Source of the DNA: Vampirovibrionales bacterium
Lineage (GTDB): Bacteria; Cyanobacteriota; Vampirovibrionia; Vampirovibrionales; Vampirovibrionaceae
DNA: 64,000 nucleotides
Assembly: GCA_029262635.1 (NCBI GenBank)
Contig: JAJCZA010000005.1
Span: 607,371 to 671,370 of the forward strand
Direction of reading: 5' to 3'
Position 1 is the stretch's first letter. The number at the start of each line of letters is the position of its first letter. The notes under the pieces were generated by a model. It worked only from the letters and a program-made list of their open reading frames with translations. It searched no databases and had not been told where the DNA came from. This document shows positions 25,512 through 37,447 of the stretch, in pieces. A program made the translations under genes and the position numbers.

Positions 25512-26872
25512 CTGGCTTTTTGGAACACGGCCCAGAAAAATCCATCGCCGGTTTCAGTAATGTGGTGTTGAACAAGGGAATCCAGTTGGGTTGTCGGGTA
25601 AGCGCTTATAAAGCGTTGGATCACTTGCTGGTTTTCTCGATTATCCAGACTGCATGTTGAATAAACCAATATACCACCGGGCTTTAATAAATTGAAGCCG
25701 ATTTCAAGCAGGTCATACTGTATGTTAGGGAGTTTTTCAAAGGCTGATTCCGCTAGTTGTAGAAAGATTTCAGGATGCTGACGTACCGTTCCCAAACCTG
25801 AACAGGGAGCATCCACTAACACCCGATCCGCAAGCTTTCCTTCAGGCAACTGAAAATCCGCTGCCATACTTAAAACAGGTTGAACACAGGTGATGTTCAG
25901 GCGTTGGAGGTTTTCTTTCAAAACCTCCAACCTTTTTTTTACCGGTTCTACGGCCCAAATGGTTCCCATATTTTCCATTAACGCTGCCATATGGGTCGTT
26001 TTAGAGCCAGGCGCGGCACAAAGATCCACGATGGTCTCTCCGGCTTTTGGCGAAAGGACCCGGCTTACTTGAGCTGAGCGCAAATCCTGCACATAAAACA
26101 ATCCTTCGCAATAGCCGGGAAGAGATCGAGGGGAGCCATAAAAGCCGTTTAGAGTGAGTATTTCCGGAAGTGTTTCGTCGGGGCAAGCAAATGTTATCTC
26201 GGCCGCTTTTAGCCGGCCTTTATAAGCCGCTACTGAATTTTTTAGCGTATTGACCCGAAGGGTTAACGGGGGTGGCGTTGTGATCACTTCGGCCATGGCC
26301 TTGACGTCGTCTGGTGAAAACTGGGCCAATAGTTGCCTTGAAAACCATAGGGGTAGGCCACAACAAGCTTGTAAATAAGCTTCCGGCTCTTCTGCCCATA
26401 TAGGCGCCTGCAAGCTCCCTTTTTCATCCCGTCGCAGGTATTCTCGTAAAATTCCATTGATAAACGACACGGTCTTGGGCGATAGTTTTTGCTGTTTCGC
26501 TAACTCAACCGTGCTATTAACGGCCGCATAGGGGGGGATTTGATCCATAAATCGCAGTTGCAATAATCCTAATCGTAAAAGGGTCTTTGCCTTAGGCTGG
26601 ATTTTTGCCACAGGAAAACGGCTGAGCTGTTCAATTGAATACTCTAAGGCTAGCCATCGGCGTAAAACGCCATAAGTGAGCGCCGTTAACAAGCCTCGAT
26701 CGGCTGGCGTCCACGTACGACCTTCTGGGCTGTTCAAAACCTCGTGAATTAGGTTTTCTGCTTTTAGAGGTGTTTTCGGGGCTGATTTTTTTTTAAAGGC
26801 ATTCTCAAAGCGGGATAGAATCCGAAAGGCTCCGGCGCGAGGCGATAAAGCCAACGGTTGGACCGCTGTCAT
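25508..26872 (-). CDS. rsmB: 16S rRNA m5C967 methyltransferase (NusB-like domain plus methyltransferase)
   Basis: Motifs LTYGVLRR, PPYAAVNSTVELAK, DLCAAPGSKTTH, VLVDAPCSGLG and LVYSTCS. ATGA overlap with fmt. Confidence 0.92.
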   Translation of the reverse strand: MTAVQPLALSPRAGAFRILSRFENAFKKKSAPKTPLKAENLIHEVLNSPEGRTWTPADRGLLTALTYGVLRRWLALEYSIEQLSRFPVAKIQPKAKTLLRLGLLQLRFMDQIPPYAAVNSTVELAKQQKLSPKTVSFINGILREYLRRDEKGSLQAPIWAEEPEAYLQACCGLPLWFSRQLLAQFSPDDVKAMAEVITTPPPLTLRVNTLKNSVAAYKGRLKAAEITFACPDETLPEILTLNGFYGSPRSLPGYCEGLFYVQDLRSAQVSRVLSPKAGETIVDLCAAPGSKTTHMAALMENMGTIWAVEPVKKRLEVLKENLQRLNITCVQPVLSMAADFQLPEGKLADRVLVDAPCSGLGTVRQHPEIFLQLAESAFEKLPNIQYDLLEIGFNLLKPGGILVYSTCSLDNRENQQVIQRFISAYPTTQLDSLVQHHITETGDGFFWAVFQKAS

Positions 26873-27870
26873 GATGGTAAACTCGCAGAACAATCCATTG
26901 TAAATCGAGGGCGCTCTTCCGGTGCTAGATTCAGCCGTCCTTTAATGCCGTTAAACCAGTCTTTTGCCAACATGGGTTTTTTTCCGGGGGCTTGAATCTT
27001 ATGGAATTCCAGTATTCCGCTACCGGTTTGAACTTTTAGCCCGCCTTGGGGGGAAACCCCTGTAATCTCTCCTGGCTTAGCGTTTTCATCAGGTTCAAAA
27101 TCGGAGACGGGTCCCTGACTTTGGCTAATTTTAAGTGTTTGTCCGAAAAATTGACCTGTGGCCCCGGGCCAAGGTTGTTGGCCTCGAATCTTATTGTGTA
27201 GTTGAATGGCTGACTGACGCCAGTCTAGTTCGGCATCTTCCTTGCGGGCTTTAGGCGCATGGGTGGCCTTATCATGATTCTGAGGTTCCGGCTTTAAAGT
27301 ACCGTCTTTCAGCCCTCGTAGTGATCGAAGAAGTAAATCAGCACCGGCTTCTGATAATCGGTCATGCAGGTCAACCGCCGTATCCAACGATTTAATGGGT
27401 ACTGTGATTTTTAAGACCATATCGCCCGTATCCACGCCAATATCGGTTAACATGGTGGTTAAGCCTGTTTCAGCCCGACCGTCCACAATAGCGTTCTGAA
27501 TAGGGTTGGCTCCTCGGTATTCGGGTAATAAAGAAGCGTGGACATTGACGGTACCTAAACGTGGAATATCCAGAACCTTCTGAGACAGAATTTGTCCAAA
27601 AGCGATGGTCACCAGAAAATCTGGCTCTATTTTTATGAGCCAATCCAGTAAAACCGTATCCCCCCGTAGAGACTTGGGCTGAAAAATTTTCAATCCTGCC
27701 GCCTCTGCCACTTGCTTTACTGGTGGTGACGTCAGTTTCTGCCCTCGCCCAGAAGGGCGATCGGGCTGGGTAATTACTCCCAGCACCTCTACATCTTCCG
27801 CCCCGAGTAGTCCTTTTAGTGTGGGTACGGAAAAATCAGGTGTTCCTAAAAAAACAAGTCGAATGGTCAT
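26869..27870 (-). CDS. fmt: Methionyl-tRNA formyltransferase
   Basis: Motifs FLGTPDFS, TQPDRPSGRGQKL, NVHASLLPEYRGANPIQ and VDTGDM. Confidence 0.95.
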   Translation of the reverse strand: MTIRLVFLGTPDFSVPTLKGLLGAEDVEVLGVITQPDRPSGRGQKLTSPPVKQVAEAAGLKIFQPKSLRGDTVLLDWLIKIEPDFLVTIAFGQILSQKVLDIPRLGTVNVHASLLPEYRGANPIQNAIVDGRAETGLTTMLTDIGVDTGDMVLKITVPIKSLDTAVDLHDRLSEAGADLLLRSLRGLKDGTLKPEPQNHDKATHAPKARKEDAELDWRQSAIQLHNKIRGQQPWPGATGQFFGQTLKISQSQGPVSDFEPDENAKPGEITGVSPQGGLKVQTGSGILEFHKIQAPGKKPMLAKDWFNGIKGRLNLAPEERPRFTMDCSASLPS

Positions 27871-27889
27871 GGTGGAAGTATTATAGCGT

Positions 27890-28462
27890 CTAAGACTCCA
27901 TCGGCTCAACCAAAATCTGATCCAATTCCGGTTCTTCTAATATTTTGGCTGGATCAATCGGGGGGAGTTCGTGTTCTTTTAACTGCTCGTCGGTTCCAAA
28001 GCGGTCTATCACGTGGTCTACAAACAGCACCCCGTTCAGGTGATCCATCTCATGTTGAATCGCACGACAGAGTAGGCTTCCATCATCGACGGTCATTTCA
28101 CGACGCTTGCCGCTGAGATCCATATAGCGTACGGTAATTTCCTGGTAGCGCTTAACATCTGTGTAGACACCAGGAAAGCTTAGGCAACCTTCCTTGCTTA
28201 GGGTTGCCCCTTTTTTTCGGACAATGGTCGGATTAATAAACACCATTTGGGGTAAATCCGTGCCATCGGCTGAGCAATCGAGTACAAAAATCTTTTTTGA
28301 GACCCCCACTTGTGGTGCGGCCAAGCCCACACCATTTTCCGCATACATGGTATCGAACATGTCGGCAACCAGCTTTTTAATTTTTGCCGAAACTTTATGT
28401 ACTTTTTCCGTTTCTTTGCGTAAAACCGGATCACCGTATTGAACAACGTTGAGTATGGCCAT
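27890..28462 (-). CDS. def: Peptide deformylase
   Basis: Motifs GVGLAAPQVG, EGCLS and QHEMDHLNG. Confidence 0.96.
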   Translation of the reverse strand: MAILNVVQYGDPVLRKETEKVHKVSAKIKKLVADMFDTMYAENGVGLAAPQVGVSKKIFVLDCSADGTDLPQMVFINPTIVRKKGATLSKEGCLSFPGVYTDVKRYQEITVRYMDLSGKRREMTVDDGSLLCRAIQHEMDHLNGVLFVDHVIDRFGTDEQLKEHELPPIDPAKILEEPELDQILVEPMES

Positions 28463-28560
28463 GGTGCTGTTTCTCTTTTATTCTTCCTTTTTACTGCTTC
28501 ACTGCTGATTTTTCTGAAACGTTTGTTTCAGATTGTTCTATACTGGCATTATAGCCTATT

Positions 28561-29364
28561 TTGAGAGAGATTTTTACCTCCATGTCGTCAAATGGTTCTA
28601 CTCGCTTGACTCACGGCCTTGTCGACATCCACGATGCCATGGATGAAGTTCGTCGCATGGGAGAGCTCCAATCGGAAGAGACTAGCTCCTTTATTGATGG
28701 GCTTCCTCCGGAGCTCCGAAATGGTATCAAGGCTCTTTTTGATACCATTCACTCTATTCAGGAAGCTGTCTCCCACTTCCTGAAAAATCTGTTTCCTGAA
28801 ATGAACCTGGGGGAGGGAACCGATCCCACCGTTATTCAGGGGCTGGTTCATTATCTAACGTTGGGGTTCTTGGTTATTCTGGCCGGATTCATTAGTTATT
28901 TTCTCTTGCGGCAATTGAAAAAGCTGTGGACACAAAGAGAACCTCGCCCTAAACCGGTGATTTTGCGTGAGGTGGATGGATCGTTACTGGCTTCGGCCCG
29001 GTCTCATATGAAAAGCGCTCAGGCGTTTGCCGATAAAGGTCAATATGAAGAAGGTGTCCGGCAGCTGTATCTTGCCATGCTCTGCCTGCTCGATGAAACC
29101 CATCTCGTTCCTTTTGAAGCCAACCGAACCAATTGGGAGTATCTCCGGCGTATTCAGACCTTGTCACCGGACACCCCCCAGTCCGAAGGGTTTCAGGAGA
29201 ATTTGAAACAATGGTTTACCGTAGTAGCTCAAACGTTTGAACGTACTCGGTACGGCCATAAGCCTGTGGATTTAGCATGCTATAAAGCCTGTTGGGAAAA
29301 AATAGATAGCCTGTTTAGTACGTTAAAGCCAATCGTCTCCAAGCAAGAGGCGCAAAAGTCATGA
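28561..29364 (+). CDS. DUF4129 domain membrane protein
   Basis: A TM segment followed by GQYEEGVRQLYLAML...RTNWEYLR...FERTRYG. Start is TTG 28561 or ATG 28582. Confidence 0.75.
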   Translation: MREIFTSMSSNGSTRLTHGLVDIHDAMDEVRRMGELQSEETSSFIDGLPPELRNGIKALFDTIHSIQEAVSHFLKNLFPEMNLGEGTDPTVIQGLVHYLTLGFLVILAGFISYFLLRQLKKLWTQREPRPKPVILREVDGSLLASARSHMKSAQAFADKGQYEEGVRQLYLAMLCLLDETHLVPFEANRTNWEYLRRIQTLSPDTPQSEGFQENLKQWFTVVAQTFERTRYGHKPVDLACYKACWEKIDSLFSTLKPIVSKQEAQKS

Positions 29365-30657
29365 GCGACAAGAAATTCTCTCTTATTCTTGTCGGGCTTT
29401 TGAGTTTGTTCGCGGTTTTCAGTTCTTTTAGCCTGATGTTGAAACGGCAGGAACCCGCGACGGAAAAAACCTTAAACGCTTCGATTTACAATAATAAAAT
29501 TTCCGGCTACCGGGGTTGGCACAAAACGATCGAACTGGCTCATATTGAGAATCAGGTTTGGCAACAAGGGTTTGAACATCTGGATAAAATTGAAAAACCT
29601 TCCACAATGGTGATTATTCAGCCTAAAATGTACATTTCAAAGCCGGGTGAAGGGTATCAAAAAACCCTGCCCAAGGAAACGCTGGACAAACTGCTTCAGT
29701 GGGTTGCTAAGGGTGGGCATACGCTGGTTTTCATGGATAGTTTTGATGATGGGTCTGGCTATGAGCTGTTGAAAAAACTTCAATCTGGTAACGTTTGGAA
29801 AAAGAATCAGGATCCCGGTATTCGCCCTCAATACACCTTGGAAGTCCCTGCTCGTTATTCTTCTCGCCTAAAACGGCATATCACCAAGCCTATCATTACT
29901 CATACTCTAAGCCGCATTGAAACTCTTTCTAGAAGGTCTAAAGCCCCTTCAGGGCTTCTCGTGCCTTCTTCTTCCCAAACGTTGCTCAGCGATGCGAGTA
30001 AAGCGTCCCTGATCGAAAAATACAGACTGGGGAAAGGCGTGGTTATCATTGGTACCGTTGCTGATATGGCGAGTAATCGTTTTCTGCTGGACACGGGCAA
30101 TGATAATCTTCAGTTTTTTACTAATCTGCTTTTGTTGGAGCGTAAGCCCTTGATCATTAACGAGTTTGTTCACGGTTATCTACAGACGCCGGATTTGTTT
30201 TCTTATTACATGAAAACCCCGTTAACACCTATGTTGTACCAAGTGATTTTTCTGTTTTTCCTTCTGTTATGGTTCAGCTTTAAGCCATGGCGGCCGCCTT
30301 ATCCCGCATCGAAAGATATCAACGATATGAATATCAAGAAATTTGTCCAGTCCATGTCAGGCATTTATCTTAAAACCAATGCATCTTCTCTGGCGTTGGG
30401 CCCTCAGCTGGTTGTTATTGAACAAACCCTGCGACGGCGATACTGTATTAAAGCACCCGGATTCACCACCGTTGCGGAAGCCGATAAAAAACTTCAGCAC
30501 TTGCTTGAAAGGCTGAGTCCCGACTATAGTAATAAACAAACCTTTTTCCAAGCCCTTCAGGAGGCCCGACAAATTGTTAATTGGCAACAAAGTGTCTCTC
30601 CTAAAAAGCTGGTCTACCTTTCCCAAATGCTCACGTTAATACAGGAACGACTCCACC

Positions 30658-31626
<969 letters not shown>

Positions 31627-31655
31627 TCTTTAACCCCTGCCCGGATTCTTTTACC

Positions 31656-32534
31656 ATGCCCTTCTCCAGCCAGCAGCCCCATAAAAAAAACTTAAAAGAC
31701 CACACTTGCCAAGTGATGGCTAATCAAAATGTGGGTAATCAGCTTTATATCCTAACGCTGAAAACAAACGATCCTGATGGGTTTTATTGCCGGGCAGGTC
31801 AGTTTGTTATGATTGACATGCCCACGCCTGTGTTCTATTTTCGTCGTCCCATGAGCGTTTTAGCCGTTCATGATGACGGTCGGTTCGACGTCTTCTATAA
31901 AGTCCATGGTCAGGGTACCCAGATAATGGCTCAATGGCAGCCAGGTATCGAAATTCAGGTTCTAGGCCCTTTGGGTAATACCTTTACTCCCCCAACTGAA
32001 CCGGAAACCGCACTGCTTATTGGTGGCGGTATTGGTATCGCGCCACTTTACATGTTGGGACAAGAGATTAAAAATAGAACCGAAAATAGAACACCCAACT
32101 GTTACTATGGTGTTCGCTCTCATCAGGAGGTTGGACTTAAGGATTCTCTGGAGGCACAGTTTGGCTCGAAGTGTCTTCATCTGTCATCCGATGATGGTTC
32201 GGTGGGCTTTCATGGCAATGTGGGAGACCTTTTGAAACAAAACAGGGAAAGGGTTCAGGCGGCAAAAGAAGCCTATATCTGTGGCCCCACCGTGATGATG
32301 GAAGCCTGTTTTCAACTTCTTCGAGAGATGAACCCGGCCATTCGGGTTGAGGTTTCCCTTGAAGAGCGGATGCCTTGTGGTACTGGAGCCTGTACCGGAT
32401 GTGTGGTTTTTCGTTCGGATCAGCCACTCCCTTCAAAAGTCTGTGTCGAAGGCCCTGTGTTTGATGCCACAACCTTAATTTGGAGGCCGTCAGCGCCGTT
32501 AAGTCCCGAGGAGAACATCGTATGCTCTCGGTAA
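31656..32534 (+). CDS. pyrK: Dihydroorotate dehydrogenase electron transfer subunit
   Basis: Motifs GQFVMI, RRPMS, GPLGN, GGGIGIAPL, CGPTVMM and EERMPCGTGACTGC..VCVEGPVF (2Fe-2S). Confidence 0.9.
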   Translation: MPFSSQQPHKKNLKDHTCQVMANQNVGNQLYILTLKTNDPDGFYCRAGQFVMIDMPTPVFYFRRPMSVLAVHDDGRFDVFYKVHGQGTQIMAQWQPGIEIQVLGPLGNTFTPPTEPETALLIGGGIGIAPLYMLGQEIKNRTENRTPNCYYGVRSHQEVGLKDSLEAQFGSKCLHLSSDDGSVGFHGNVGDLLKQNRERVQAAKEAYICGPTVMMEACFQLLREMNPAIRVEVSLEERMPCGTGACTGCVVFRSDQPLPSKVCVEGPVFDATTLIWRPSAPLSPEENIVCSR

Positions 32535-33472
32535 AGCTGAATGATATAACGTTCTCAAGCCCACTGCTAAACGCATCAGGCTGTTTTAACCCTGAGCTGT
32601 TTAATACCATGGCCCCTTTAAACGAGTCCATGGGGGGTGTGGTCACCAAAACCGTCACGCAGGAGCCACGCCCAGGTAATCTACAACAACGCACTGTGGA
32701 GTTACCCGGCATTGGCATGTTGAATAGCATTGGTTTGCAAAATCCCGGACTCAATTATTTTCTGGAAACCGAAGTCTTGATGCTCGCCCAATACGGGGTT
32801 AAAATTATTTTGAGTCTTTCCGCTACCTCCATCGAAGGCTTTGGTACTATGGTCGAGATAGTGACAAACCACCCCAACGGGCATTGGGTCGATGCTATTG
32901 AAATTAATTTGTCCTGCCCTAACGTGGCCAAGGGAGGGGTGGATTTTGGCATCTCGCCTGGACGGGTAAAAGCTTGTACAGAAGCGACGGTTCAGGCTTC
33001 AAAGTGCCCTGTCTTCGCGAAGCTTACCCCGAATATTACTTCCATTCTTCCGGTCGCTGAGGCGGCCATCGAAGGGGGGGCCTCGGCCATTAGTGCCATT
33101 AATACCGTTGTCGGCTGTTCCATCGATATTAAAAACAAAAAACCTTATTTAAATCGGATTTCAGGGGGGTACAGCGGCCCTGGCATCAAACCCATTGCCC
33201 TTCATGCCATTTGGCAGATCCACCATCATTTTCCTGAAACCCCCATTATAGGCATTGGCGGTATTTCTTCCGCTAACGACGTGTTAGAATTTATGATGGC
33301 TGGCGCTTCACTGGTACAAATAGGTACCCAAAGTTTTAGGAACCCGATGATTTTCAGTAAGATTCATCAAGATCTGATGGCTTATGGCCAGAGCGAAGGC
33401 CTACAACACTTAACCGACTTAACCGGTTGTGCGCATTCACAAAAAATGAAACGGCAATCCTTGATACAATAG
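32522..33472 (+). CDS. pyrD: Dihydroorotate dehydrogenase class 1B, catalytic subunit
   Basis: Motifs NASGCF, MLNSIGLQNPG, EINLSCPN, AKLTPN and GGYSGPGIKPIAL. ATG 32522 follows GAGGAG. Confidence 0.93.
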   Translation: MLSVKLNDITFSSPLLNASGCFNPELFNTMAPLNESMGGVVTKTVTQEPRPGNLQQRTVELPGIGMLNSIGLQNPGLNYFLETEVLMLAQYGVKIILSLSATSIEGFGTMVEIVTNHPNGHWVDAIEINLSCPNVAKGGVDFGISPGRVKACTEATVQASKCPVFAKLTPNITSILPVAEAAIEGGASAISAINTVVGCSIDIKNKKPYLNRISGGYSGPGIKPIALHAIWQIHHHFPETPIIGIGGISSANDVLEFMMAGASLVQIGTQSFRNPMIFSKIHQDLMAYGQSEGLQHLTDLTGCAHSQKMKRQSLIQ

Positions 33473-33527
33473 GATAAGCAATGCAGAAGATATAGTTTTC
33501 GACCGTTTGAAAAGGAGCTTTAGACCC

Positions 33528-34073
33528 ATGATCGCCAATAAACCTTTAACCATTCTGTTCACATTTTTTATCGGTGTAATGGCTTTTGCTGTGTTAGGTA
33601 TGGGTTGTGGAGGTGGAAGTAAACAAGCCGCTCAAGAAGATGAAACGGTAAAAGATAAGCTTGAAATCACTACTGAGAAAACCATACTTCTAACAAAAAT
33701 TGGTTATACTTCAAGCCCAGGGGGATACTATGCGCTTACTCGGGTTAATTTGGCCAACAAAACCAAGTCCGAACTCTCGGTGACTCTCACTGACTTTTCC
33801 CTTAAGGAAAAAAAACAGGCTAAAGAGCCGGATGCCTATAGCGTCCCACCTGAAGCTATTCCTGGATATGTTTATACAGAAGAGTTTGGGCGAGGCACGG
33901 AACAAAATGTATTGGTGGGCACGGTCGCTGTAAAGCCCGGTTTTGAATTTTCGAAAGATCTCTTTTTTAATCTGCCCAATAGCGCAGACATTACGGATTA
34001 TGAACTTTTTTACGCACCTGATGAGTTGAAATTTGATATGGAAGACTCTCTTCTTGATGATCGGCGCTCTTAA
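33528..34073 (+). CDS. Putative lipoprotein (DUF4352-like Ig fold)
   Basis: Signal peptide with a lipobox-like LGMG-C, a beta-rich body and an AAGGAG RBS. Confidence 0.6.
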   Translation: MIANKPLTILFTFFIGVMAFAVLGMGCGGGSKQAAQEDETVKDKLEITTEKTILLTKIGYTSSPGGYYALTRVNLANKTKSELSVTLTDFSLKEKKQAKEPDAYSVPPEAIPGYVYTEEFGRGTEQNVLVGTVAVKPGFEFSKDLFFNLPNSADITDYELFYAPDELKFDMEDSLLDDRRS

Positions 34074-34078
34074 CTATA

Positions 34079-35569
34079 ATGATGGCTTCATTTAAACCTC
34101 AAAATCGAGCAAAAATTATTGCGACCCTTGGTCCGGCATCGGCAACAGATGACATATTGGCTTCGCTTATTAAAGCGGGTGCCAGTGTGATTCGTCTTAA
34201 CATGTCTCATGGAACTCAGGAGATTCATTACGAAAATATCCAGCGGATTCGTCGGGTTTCTCGACAGTTGGATCAAAGCATTGGAATTCTTGCCGATTTA
34301 CAAGGCCCTAAATTACGCACGGGCTTGTTGGTTGATAATAAACCGGTTGATCTTTTGCGTGATGCTGAACTTATTCTGAAAGCTTCGCTTGAGGCGGGTA
34401 CCGCTGAGGTGGTTACCACGCCTTCAATAGAGTTGATCGAAGCCATTGGGTTGGATACCGTGATTCTGCTGGATGATGGTCGCCTTCGCTTTAAGGTGAT
34501 TGAACGTTTGAGTCCGACAGAGCTGCGGTGTCAGGTGGTGCAAGGCGGGAAACTTTCCGAGCGTAAAGGCATTAATGTTCCGAATACGCCATTGTCGTTT
34601 CAGGCTTTAACAGAAAAAGACAAAGCGGATGCCTTGTTCGCTGTTAAAAACGAGGTGGATTATCTGGCACTTTCCTTTGTGCGACATGTGGACGATATTA
34701 TTCAGCTTCAAGATTTTATTCGGGAAAGTGGCCTTTTGGCGAAAGAAGAGGAACTTCCGCCGATTATTTCGAAAATTGAAAAACCGGAAGCCCTTGAACA
34801 CATTGATGCGATTATTAATGCTTCCTTTGGCATCATGGTGGCTCGGGGAGATTTAGGGGTCGAATTACCGCCTCAGAAAGTCCCTACGGTCCAAAAACAA
34901 TTGATTCGCCGATGTCGAGAGTTGGAAAAGCCAGTTATTGTTGCAACCCAAATGCTGGAATCCATGATGACTTCCGCTCATCCATCCCGGGCTGAGGTTA
35001 GTGATATTGCCAATGCTGTTTTTGATGGGACGGATGTCTTGATGCTCTCAGGTGAAAGTGCCGCCGGTGAAAACCCTGTTGCTTCGGTTCAAATGATGAG
35101 TCAGATTATCTCTGAAGCTGAGGACCATTACACCGCATTACAAAGCCGTCCCCATGAAAAAAGCACCCTTCAATCTCCTCATTTTCATCATACCATTGCC
35201 CATGCTGCGAGCTATGCGGCAATTAAGGCTAATGTTGAAGCGTTGGTTGTTCTGTCGAGCTCAGGGCAAATGGCTCAACGAATCTCAAAGTTGAAGCCCC
35301 ATCGGCGTATTATCGCTCTCACGGAAGACGATAAGACTTGTCGCCGTATGACGTTGCTTTGGGGGGTTTTGCCTCTGAAAATTAAATACGGCGAAACCAC
35401 CGAAGAAATCATCAACAATGGTGAAGAGGTGATTCTCAAGCGTAAATTGTTGACCAGTGGCGATAGTATTTTATTTTGCGCAGGTAACACACCTATTATT
35501 GGAGCCACCAACATGCTTAAGCTCTTTAAAATTGGCGAAGCCATTCGTTCTGCTATTGGTATTTTGTAA
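34079..35569 (+). CDS. pyk: Pyruvate kinase
   Basis: Motifs KIIATLGPAS, RLNMSHG, DLQGPKLR, MVARGDLGVE, ATQMLESM and MLSGESA. Confidence 0.96.
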   Translation: MMASFKPQNRAKIIATLGPASATDDILASLIKAGASVIRLNMSHGTQEIHYENIQRIRRVSRQLDQSIGILADLQGPKLRTGLLVDNKPVDLLRDAELILKASLEAGTAEVVTTPSIELIEAIGLDTVILLDDGRLRFKVIERLSPTELRCQVVQGGKLSERKGINVPNTPLSFQALTEKDKADALFAVKNEVDYLALSFVRHVDDIIQLQDFIRESGLLAKEEELPPIISKIEKPEALEHIDAIINASFGIMVARGDLGVELPPQKVPTVQKQLIRRCRELEKPVIVATQMLESMMTSAHPSRAEVSDIANAVFDGTDVLMLSGESAAGENPVASVQMMSQIISEAEDHYTALQSRPHEKSTLQSPHFHHTIAHAASYAAIKANVEALVVLSSSGQMAQRISKLKPHRRIIALTEDDKTCRRMTLLWGVLPLKIKYGETTEEIINNGEEVILKRKLLTSGDSILFCAGNTPIIGATNMLKLFKIGEAIRSAIGIL

Positions 35570-37331
35570 TCGGGTTTAAAGCCATCTCATCACATAGTTG
35601 AGCGATCACCGCAAGGAGATCATCCACGCCTTCGCCCGTGGTTGCCGAGATGGCCGCCCAGTCTTTGTCCGAGTTCGAAAACAGGGGTTCCAGCGATTGA
35701 AGTTCCCGTGCTTTATTCTTCAGTCGATCGACCTTGTTGCAAACCGTTACGACAGGAACATCCGAAATACCTAATTCACATAGGGTTTCTTCTACGGCGT
35801 GCCAGTGAGCCAAACGGCTTGGATGACTCACGTCCCATACGTGGAGAAGGATGTCGGCTTCGCTCACTTCTTCAAGGGTACTTTGAAAGGCTTTAACCAA
35901 AAACGTGGGCAATTTCTGGATAAATCCTACCGTATCCGAAAGTAAGGTTTCTCTGCCTGTTGGCAAATACAGGCGACGAATGGTTGGATCTAGGGTGGCA
36001 AATAGTTTATCTTCTACCAGTATATTGGCTTGCGTTAAGCGGTGCATTAATGTTGATTTTCCAGCATTCGTATAGCCGACCAGAGTAATCAGCGGTACGT
36101 CGGTTTGTTGTCGTTGTCGGCGTTGACGTTGACGATGCTGAACCACGGCTTTGGCTTCTTGTTCCAAGTGCGCTACCCGCTTTTTTAATACTCGCCTATC
36201 TGTTTCCAACTGGGTTTCTCCCGGTCCTCTTGTCGCAATACCGGCCTTGGCGCCCACCGCCGTTTGTTGGCTAAACATTCGTCCTCGACCCATCAGGCGA
36301 GGAAGCAGGTAACTCAACTGAGCCAACGCCACCTGAATTTTACCCTCCCGGCTATGGGCCCGCTGGGCGAAGATATCTAAAATCACTTCGGTTCGATCAA
36401 TGACTTTAACACGCAAGATTTTTTCCAGTGTCCGTTGTTGAGCCGGGCTCAGTTCATCATCGGCAATCACCACTTGAGCCTGATTTTGCTGAATTTCCAA
36501 TGCAAGTGCTTGCGCTTTTCCCTTGCCGATATAGGTGGTGGAATCCGGTTGTTTTCGGGACTGAATCATCTGACCGACTACCTGAGCCCCGGCAGTTTCT
36601 GCCAATAGGCGCAATTCACCCATGGAATCCTCAATATCCAGTCGAGTTCCTGTTTTGTATGTCTCGTGCTTGGTGGTGATGTCCACCCCAATTAAGAGAG
36701 CCCGCTCTTTGCCGTGTGCCTGTGAAGTTGTTTTTTTTGAGCGTTGGGGTGAGAATACCTCCTTGCCCCAATCGATCCACTTTTCAAGTGACTCAGCCTC
36801 TAGCTGATGGGCGACCATTGGCGGCTCAACCTCGCAAGCCATTGATTCCTCAGGGGTTGTTGATGTTGTTGGGTGCAGCAGAAACACGGCATCACAGAAG
36901 TGAGGACTTTCTCCCCGTTGGCGGCTAAATGCTTTTTGTGTTCCGGCGATTAACACGCCCATTATTGGTAAGTGGTATTGGAGAACCGTCACTTGATCCG
37001 GTAAGCTCATTTCGGGCTGGGAAAAGTCGCACCAGCCTAGATGGGTTCTAAAACAATAAAAGTCAGAAAGTCCAGCTTCCGGTTCTGGGGGTTTCAGCTC
37101 CAAAATCTGCTCGAGATGACTTTCTACTCCAACCGCCACATGCTGCAAACGGCCTCGCTGGTCCAGTAACACGGTAATATCTCGACGCATGGCGATGGCA
37201 CAATCGCACAGCTCTTCTGCGAGGTCATAGGAAAATAGACTTTCTGCCGACACCTTTCGACGGTACAGTCGCTCTAAACGACTGATCATGTTCTTTTTCA
37301 AGCCTTTTGTGTGTCCAAAAACCGGTGGAAT
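35553..37331 (-). CDS. hflX: GTPase HflX, long form (probable ATT start at 37331)
   Basis: Motifs IGKGKA, ELSPAQQR, ILDIFAQRAHSREGKIQV, GPGETQLETDRR, GYTNAGKST, LFATLDPT, DTVGFI and NKVD. The track start is TTG 37301; see findings. Confidence 0.93.
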   Translation of the reverse strand: MPPVFGHTKGLKKNMISRLERLYRRKVSAESLFSYDLAEELCDCAIAMRRDITVLLDQRGRLQHVAVGVESHLEQILELKPPEPEAGLSDFYCFRTHLGWCDFSQPEMSLPDQVTVLQYHLPIMGVLIAGTQKAFSRQRGESPHFCDAVFLLHPTTSTTPEESMACEVEPPMVAHQLEAESLEKWIDWGKEVFSPQRSKKTTSQAHGKERALLIGVDITTKHETYKTGTRLDIEDSMGELRLLAETAGAQVVGQMIQSRKQPDSTTYIGKGKAQALALEIQQNQAQVVIADDELSPAQQRTLEKILRVKVIDRTEVILDIFAQRAHSREGKIQVALAQLSYLLPRLMGRGRMFSQQTAVGAKAGIATRGPGETQLETDRRVLKKRVAHLEQEAKAVVQHRQRQRRQRQQTDVPLITLVGYTNAGKSTLMHRLTQANILVEDKLFATLDPTIRRLYLPTGRETLLSDTVGFIQKLPTFLVKAFQSTLEEVSEADILLHVWDVSHPSRLAHWHAVEETLCELGISDVPVVTVCNKVDRLKNKARELQSLEPLFSNSDKDWAAISATTGEGVDDLLAVIAQLCDEMALNPITKYQ

Positions 37332-37447
37332 AACGGCACCTCGCTAAATGTTCATCGTAATCAACAGCCTGATGAAGGGTTTCTTTAATTATAGATCACC
37401 CGTCTCTAAAAACGGATATAAGTCAGGGTTGTTCTCCACTCGAAAAT

